A stretch of 64,000 bases of DNA from Albugo candida. Lineage: Eukaryota. How positions within the stretch are numbered: position 1 is the stretch's first letter; the number at the start of each line of letters is the position of its first letter. The notes beneath the pieces are model-generated. The model was not told where the DNA came from. It worked only from the letters and a program-made list of their open reading frames with translations, and ran no database searches. Below, in pieces: positions 57,514 to 64,000 of the stretch. The translations under genes and the position numbers were made by a program. Location of the stretch: NCBI GenBank assembly GCA_040437565.1, contig JBDOQK010000005.1, positions 434,001 through 498,000 of the forward strand, read 5' to 3'.

Positions 57514-59412
57514 TCCGATGGATACTTTCGATAAAATAGGAATATGATCGGGACCCCCCAAAAAGTATCACCACTAATAACAACCTAACTATTTATATAG
57601 CGGTTAGCAGTGGAATGGAATCAATTCTAGCAGGTCACTATATAAACAGAGAGAGGTACTGCCCGGGTGTTGTAAGACAGTCGAGTGTTCTAGAAATTGT
57701 CAAGACTCTTTGTATTCGATCACATTGTGTTTGGTAGAAGGACTCGAATACTCTGACATTGTTGCTCTGTGAATATCCGATTCACACCAACCAAGAAGAT
57801 CCTATATTCATTGTTGTGATTGCCTCGTGTAGACAAGTCGTCGATACTAAAGCTGAGTTACTCAGCGCAACCCTGCTCGGAGAAATGAGAATGAATGGGG
57901 GTCATCTTTGGTGTTACGTAAGCAATGAAAAGTAGGATGGTAGGATAATCACTTGTTCGCGTATAGTGCGAAAATCTATCGCTAGGATTCCCATATCTTT
58001 GAAACGATGGCTTGAGAAAAGGGCCGCACTCTCACTCCAACGATACAGCTAGCAATATTGCTAATAGAGAGCTTGTGAAGCGTCCCCTCCGAGCTGATGG
58101 TGACGTACGAGAGCACATTTCGTCACCCAAAATTGATCGGGCTACACTCAATTTAGTCTGCATCCCTGTTTTGCCAATTGTAACGAAATCAAGAAAAAAA
58201 ATTTTTTGTGGTAGTTCAAGTAGTATGATCAGAGAATATATATTCCTCGTATGGACGAATCTGACGGCTTTACTTGGGAAATCGATCGCTCATGGCGATG
58301 AAAGCCCGAATTTTTATCAACACATTAGTATCATCATATCTCGGTACAGGTTTTAGGTGTGAAGAAGATCGGCTGTACATATATTATGTAAGTACCAGAT
58401 TTACTGCATTTGTTCACCTAAGCTGGCAACGTATCTCTCACGTACGTGTATGCAGGGATAAGCACGACGAACACCGGTAAAGGATAATTCCAGAGACGGA
58501 CGAAGTCGGCTCAATCGTATTATGAATTATCGCAGCTAGCCCAATCGATGCTGCGACATGCACACACTGCCTGGTAGGGCAGACTATCGATTGCGCAGAT
58601 GACGGTCTTAACACGTCTTTGTCATTACACTTTGCACTTGGACATGCTAGCAGAGACCAACTGACAGTGGCAATAAATGCTGAGTCTTGGCCGGAAACAC
58701 CTCAAAGCTGAAACGCAGTCTTCAGATAGGAAATTAGAGTATTCGTTTCACAGCGGAAGAAAGGCAGTACTCTATGCCCTATCATTACCGATGTCATTTT
58801 CCTTTGAGCCTAATATATACAATACCTTCGAAATCTAGCAATGAATAGCAGGATCCCAACATGAGCTCGATCGAAGCTGCCATATCCGTCAAAAGTAAAA
58901 TTACCCCTGTTTCCTCATGATACGCAGTATAACAGTCGCTGGGTTCGTCCTTATCCCCAAATATGTCTCATAGCACATTTCAACAATCTTTTGCTAGAAG
59001 CGCTTTTTTCATTGTACATTCATTGCAACAAAGAGCTTATACAGCTGGATAGTTGGGTCCCGTCACTTTGCCACAAGCACCTTCGTATTTTTCAATACGC
59101 CCGCAGTACACTCCTAATCTGTTTAATATTTTTCAGCGACGTCTAAACAGTTTTAAGCTTGTGACTGTGATTCATGCGTTGTCAATAGCTGGGGCTATTC
59201 TCTAAGAAACTCATCGATTATCTTATGTCTCCTCTTCAATCCTTGCGGGCCTTCGTTACGAAATCTTTGCTAGTTTTACCCTACTCCGCTTAGTAACACG
59301 ACAAAGCACACACATGCATACCTCTGATATCGATGGTCCACACTGATGTTGTGCACGCGTGTTCCAAAGCAATGCAGTGACAAGCAATGCTCACATAGTA
59401 CTTAGGGCTCGT

Positions 59413-61004
59413 ACTATTTCACATTTGAACAGCGAAGCGATTGCTTTGGATTCAGTAGTAAAGATCCTGCGTAATCAAGGCTGAAGGCGCAAGTCTTGGA
59501 TTCATTTGTTATTATTGGCAAAAGAAACAACGTCCACGAGAATCTATCGAAATAGGCCCTGACTATTTCACATTTGAACAGCGAAGCGATTGCTTTGGAT
59601 TCAGTAGTAAAGATCCTGCGTAATCAAGGCTGAAGGCGCAAGTCTTGGATTCATTTGTTATTATTGGCAAAAGAAACAACGTCCACGAGAATCTATCGAA
59701 ATAGGCCCTGACTATTTCACATTTGAACAGCGAAGCGATTGCTTTGGATTCAGTAGTAAAGATCCTGCGTAATCAAGGCTGAAGGCGCAAGTCTTGGATT
59801 CATTTGTTATTATTGGCAAAAGAAACAACGTCCACGAGAATCTATCGAAATAGGCCCTGACTATTTCACATTTGAACAGCGAAGCGATTGCTTTGGATTC
59901 AGTAGTAAAGATCCTGCGTAATCAAGGCTGAAGGCGCAAGTCTTGGATTCATTTGTTATTATTGGCAAAAGAAACAACGTCCACGAGAATCTATCGAAAT
60001 AGGCCCTGACTATTTCACATTTGAACAGCGAAGCGATTGCTTTGGATTCAGTAGTAAAGATCCTGCGTAATCAAGGCTGAAGGCGCAAGTCTTGGATTCA
60101 TTTGTTATTATTGGCAAAAGAAACAACGTCCACGAGAATCTATCGAAATAGGCCCTGANNNNNNNNNNNNNNNNNNNNNNNNNNNNNNNNNNNNNNNNNN
60201 NNNNNNNNNNNNNNNNNNNNNNNNNNNNNNNNNNNNNNNNNNNNNNNNNNNNNNNNNNACTATTTCACATTTGAACAGCGAAGCGATTGCTTTGGATTCA
60301 GTAGTAAAGATCCTGCGTAATCAAGGCTGAAGGCGCAAGTCTTGGATTCATTTGTTATTATTGGCAAAAGAAACAACGTCCACGAGAATCTATCGAAATA
60401 GGCCCTGACTATTTCACATTTGAACAGCGAAGCGATTGCTTTGGATTCAGTAGTAAAGATCCTGCGTAATCAAGGCTGAAGGCGCAAGTCTTGGATTCAT
60501 TTGTTATTATTGGCAAAAGAAACAACGTCCACGAGAATCTATCGAAATAGGCCCTGACTATTTCACATTTGAACAGCGAAGCGATTGCTTTGGATTCAGT
60601 AGTAAAGATCCTGCGTAATCAAGGCTGAAGGCGCAAGTCTTGGATTCATTTGTTATTATTGGCAAAAGAAACAACGTCCACGAGAATCTATCGAAATAGG
60701 CCCTGACTATTTCACATTTGAACAGCGAAGCGATTGCTTTGGATTCAGTAGTAAAGATCCTGCGTAATCAAGGCTGAAGGCGCAAGTCTTGGATTCATTT
60801 GTTATTATTGGCAAAAGAAACAACGTCCACGAGAATCTATCGAAATAGGCCCTGACTATTTCACATTTGAACAGCGAAGCGATTGCTTTGGATTCAGTAG
60901 TAAAGATCCTGCGTAATCAAGGCTGAAGGCGCAAGTCTTGGATTCATTTGTTATTATTGGCAAAAGAAACAACGTCCACGAGAATCTATCGAAATAGGCC
61001 CTGA
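59413..61004. repeat. 149-bp perfect tandem array (5 copies, 100-N gap, 5 copies)
   Basis: Units start at 59413, 59562, 59711, 59860 and 60009, then 60259, 60408, 60557, 60706 and 60855. They are identical by eye and have no variable spacers. Confidence 0.97.
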
Positions 61005-64000
61005 AACAAGCCTACACCAGTGGGACAGCCGCTCATGTTCACGAGTACACAGAGAACAATTCCGGTGTACCGGGAAATCATTGTAATCGTCTTAGGATTC
61101 AGGATGAAAGATGTATTTTACAGCTCTCATTCTATCTGTTGCTTTGACGAAAGAATATGCTCGAGGTTTCCAACTAAAAATGATGTTGTTGCTTCGAGCA
61201 TTGACACCTTTACGAGAACAACCGCATTGAAAGGATCACAGATGTACGGTCTCAACGTCCTCACTTTGCATGGAAAGATGGAAAGTCAACGTTTGGATCT
61301 AACCTTCAACATATTGGACTAAAATGCTGTTCGGCCCCCCTGCGCCAGGATGCAAGAATCTGACTCACCGCGTCAAAGAAGGCTTTCCTCTTGATTAAGT
61401 CGAGATTACACTAAATTGGTGAATTAATCTGTTGTCGGACTGTTGTTTACCACTCGACCCGCGATCGTGCATCCTTTCTTTGCCAATTGTCTCAACATGT
61501 AAGGAACACAAGTCGTATCTGCACGACTTCTGCGAATTCCACCTTAGTATTCCAAAAAAAGTTACGGTATTTTCTCGAATTACATCTCAATCACCCGATA
61601 ATGGCGTCGCGTCTTATAATTCTTGGCTGTTGATTAAACTTCCTCATGCTCGCTCTAATGGTATGCATGACTGTGGAGAGACCATACTTTCTGTCAAGAG
61701 ATTTTGCACCCATGAAATTTAATCTGTACACCGAAGAATTCGTGGCCTCCATAAGCTCACGTGCACGAGCTAGTGCGATTAATTACATTATTTGGTGATG
61801 CTAGCTACTATAACTGATGCTGCCGTAGATGTTGCAGCAGATAGTTTTATTTGTCGTAGCGTTGGCATAGCACGAGCCAGAAAAATCCGTGAACAAAAAC
61901 AGACCACCATTGTGTCGTTCGAACGATCTCTTATTATCCTTTAAAACATCTTGGTTGGTGTCTTTCCGATGGAGAGCATTACAACGGAGGCTAAGACTTT
62001 GCACTTATTGTACTCCAATATACAAATGATATTGTTGCTGGGTCTTTGTGCCTGGGTAGTCCTTCTATCTTGTTTTCTGATCAAAGAAAGTCATTGTCAA
62101 AGCACGGGATAACTTGCTATATGTACGATTTCTGGAAGTATTAATGCCACGACCCATGTATCAGGTCATTGCTTATGAGAACTTAGCAGGCTTACTTGAG
62201 GATCACATTTCGGATCCGATGCAAGCATTTTGGGTGGAGGTGACTTCTAAACTGAAGAAAGTATCCAAAGCAGCTAAGAAATGCGTCTTCGTGCTGCCTT
62301 TATACTTTACAGGCAGTATGTATCTCATTGTAACTAGAGATATATCCAAGATTACACCTTGCTTACTGTTGTTGCATTAGATCTTTATCTCTTTCTGCAG
62401 TGTGTGGGACGTGCTTCGAAACCACTGGTCGTAGCTGTAGTATATATGCTTAAATATCTGCTTCAGGAAAGTGGCTTTATTTTAGCAGCTTGTGCTTGTT
62501 GGATTGTCGAGCAATAAAATGATGCAGGTGTCCACGGTTTGCNNNNNNNNNNNNNNNNNNNNNNNNNNNNNNNNNNNNNNNNNNNNNNNNNNNNNNNNNN
62601 NNNNNNNNNNNNNNNNNNNNNNNNNNNNNNNNNNNNNNNNNNCAAGCATTTTGGGTGGAGGTGACTTCTAAACTGAAGAAAGTATCCAAAGCAGCTAAGA
62701 AATGCGTCTTCGTGCTGCCTTTATACTTTACAGGCAGTATGTATCTCATTGTAACTAGAGATATATCCAAGATTACACCTTGCTTACTGTTGTTGCATTA
62801 GATCTTTATCTCTTTCTGCAGTGTGTGGGACGTGCTTCGAAACCACTGGTCGTAGCTGTAGTATATATGCTTAAATATCTGCTTCAGGAAAGTGGCTTTA
62901 TTTTAGCAGCTTGTGCTTGTTGGATTGTCGAGCAATAAAATGATGCAGGTGTCCACGGTTTGCGGAATAACATGTCGATTCTTAATCTAGAGAAAGTCGT
63001 TCCACGTTCGTAATACGTGTCGACTGTATAGAGAATAGAATTCTTCGTCTTTCCGCATTATATTTGTTATCGATCGTACCGAGACAGCACGCTGAGGATA
63101 AGCACATGAAAGACAAGGGAGAGCTGCAAATGGGTGGGAGCATATACCATCGATATTTGTCGGTTGGCCGGATTCATTCCACTGCGGCCAATTCCTTATT
63201 CATTCATCCGACAATTACACACTTGAAATTCGTCGGGTGAAAAAGGATGTGAATGACTTCGACTTGTGCGTTCCTCGCGCAGTCGTGTCTACTTTGGAAA
63301 CCGATTAGTTCTCGCGTGATTAGTAACAACAGTACAAGGTACGGCTGACAGGGCGCTTTGTCTTTAATTATTTGGCCCACTCGGATAGATTGACAAATTC
63401 TCGCTGGTAGCGCCATTTTTTATGCGTAAATTTAATCAAGGTTTCAGTTGCATAGTCCAATTTTGGATCATTTGCATAATCGCTACATTTTCAAGGTCAC
63501 ACTTCTTTGCGACATCGGAATTGTAACTACAGTGCGTAAAGACAGGGGAGGTGGAATCACTGAAGGGGCTGTGATCGACGCTGCTGGATCAGTATCCTGA
63601 TATTGGGCAGGCTGACTACTTTTAGCGCAGGCTACAGATATCACAGACTGCGTACTTGTTATTATATCCCTTCAGGCAGCTGACACACAGTTGTGCAGCG
63701 TTTGCATAGTGAAGAGTTCGAAACAAGCAACTTTACCCCGTTCTATAAGATTCTCTACATCGCTCTTCTACGCAATGTAGCGGCTTCAGATCATTTCAGT
63801 GTACGCGGGTCCCGAAACAGATTGACGATGTCTCTCTCATCCACAAATTCTGTGAAAATGGAAAGGATAGAAGGAAAACTGCTTATATTCTGCTTTTGCT
63901 TGATGCATTCGTCAATATGTTACCACATCGATCATATCTGAATGTAATCTCTATTGACCGACCAATTTAATAATAGTAGCAGTGTGACACAATATACTAG

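Noticed and set aside
58795..59396. CHXC/CCG-type effector pseudogene
   Set aside because: It has a signal-like start and some cysteines, but about 10 stops in ~200 codons is what random sequence gives, and there is no intact CxxCxxxxxG motif. It is mentioned only as weak context.
59413..61004. CRISPR array or tandem 5S/tRNA/snRNA genes
   Set aside because: The units are fully identical with no unique spacers and there are no cas genes. I could not recognise 5S, tRNA or snRNA motifs.

Overview
This is eukaryotic, very gene-dense sequence with short (about 45-90 nt) GT-AG introns and intergenic spacers often under 150 bp. The gene content and compaction suggest an oomycete, possibly an Albugo-like compact genome; that assignment is inferred and not verifiable here. 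From 0.1 to 57.5 kb there are about 24 protein-coding genes, mostly housekeeping: a TDP2-like EEP enzyme, transketolase, DHODH, class I HDAC, SWC5/CFDP1, a BEACH protein, TMEM41, a TBC RabGAP, importin-alpha, an epsin/ENTH protein, eIF4G, a PPR protein, a USP32-like deubiquitinase, cytochrome P450 reductase, TatD, POLD3 and citrate synthase. The last ~6.5 kb is gene-poor and holds a perfect 149-bp tandem array. There are ten 100-N scaffold gaps, nearly all flanked by duplicated sequence (assembly artefacts). The most unusual items are domain-architecture oddities: a PARP-type zinc finger inserted inside the TDP2 catalytic domain, a BEACH-WD40-ELMO fusion, a probably catalytically dead (domesticated) MULE transposase, an IFT54-like CH/IQ/Tudor/EF-hand protein, an importin-alpha with a degenerated major NLS site, an eIF4G with a large insert in MIF4G, a bacterial-type BioD/Pta-N P-loop protein, and a lone FN3 domain with a CaaX box. 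I saw no rRNA, tRNA or CRISPR. Exon boundaries were read by eye and are approximate.
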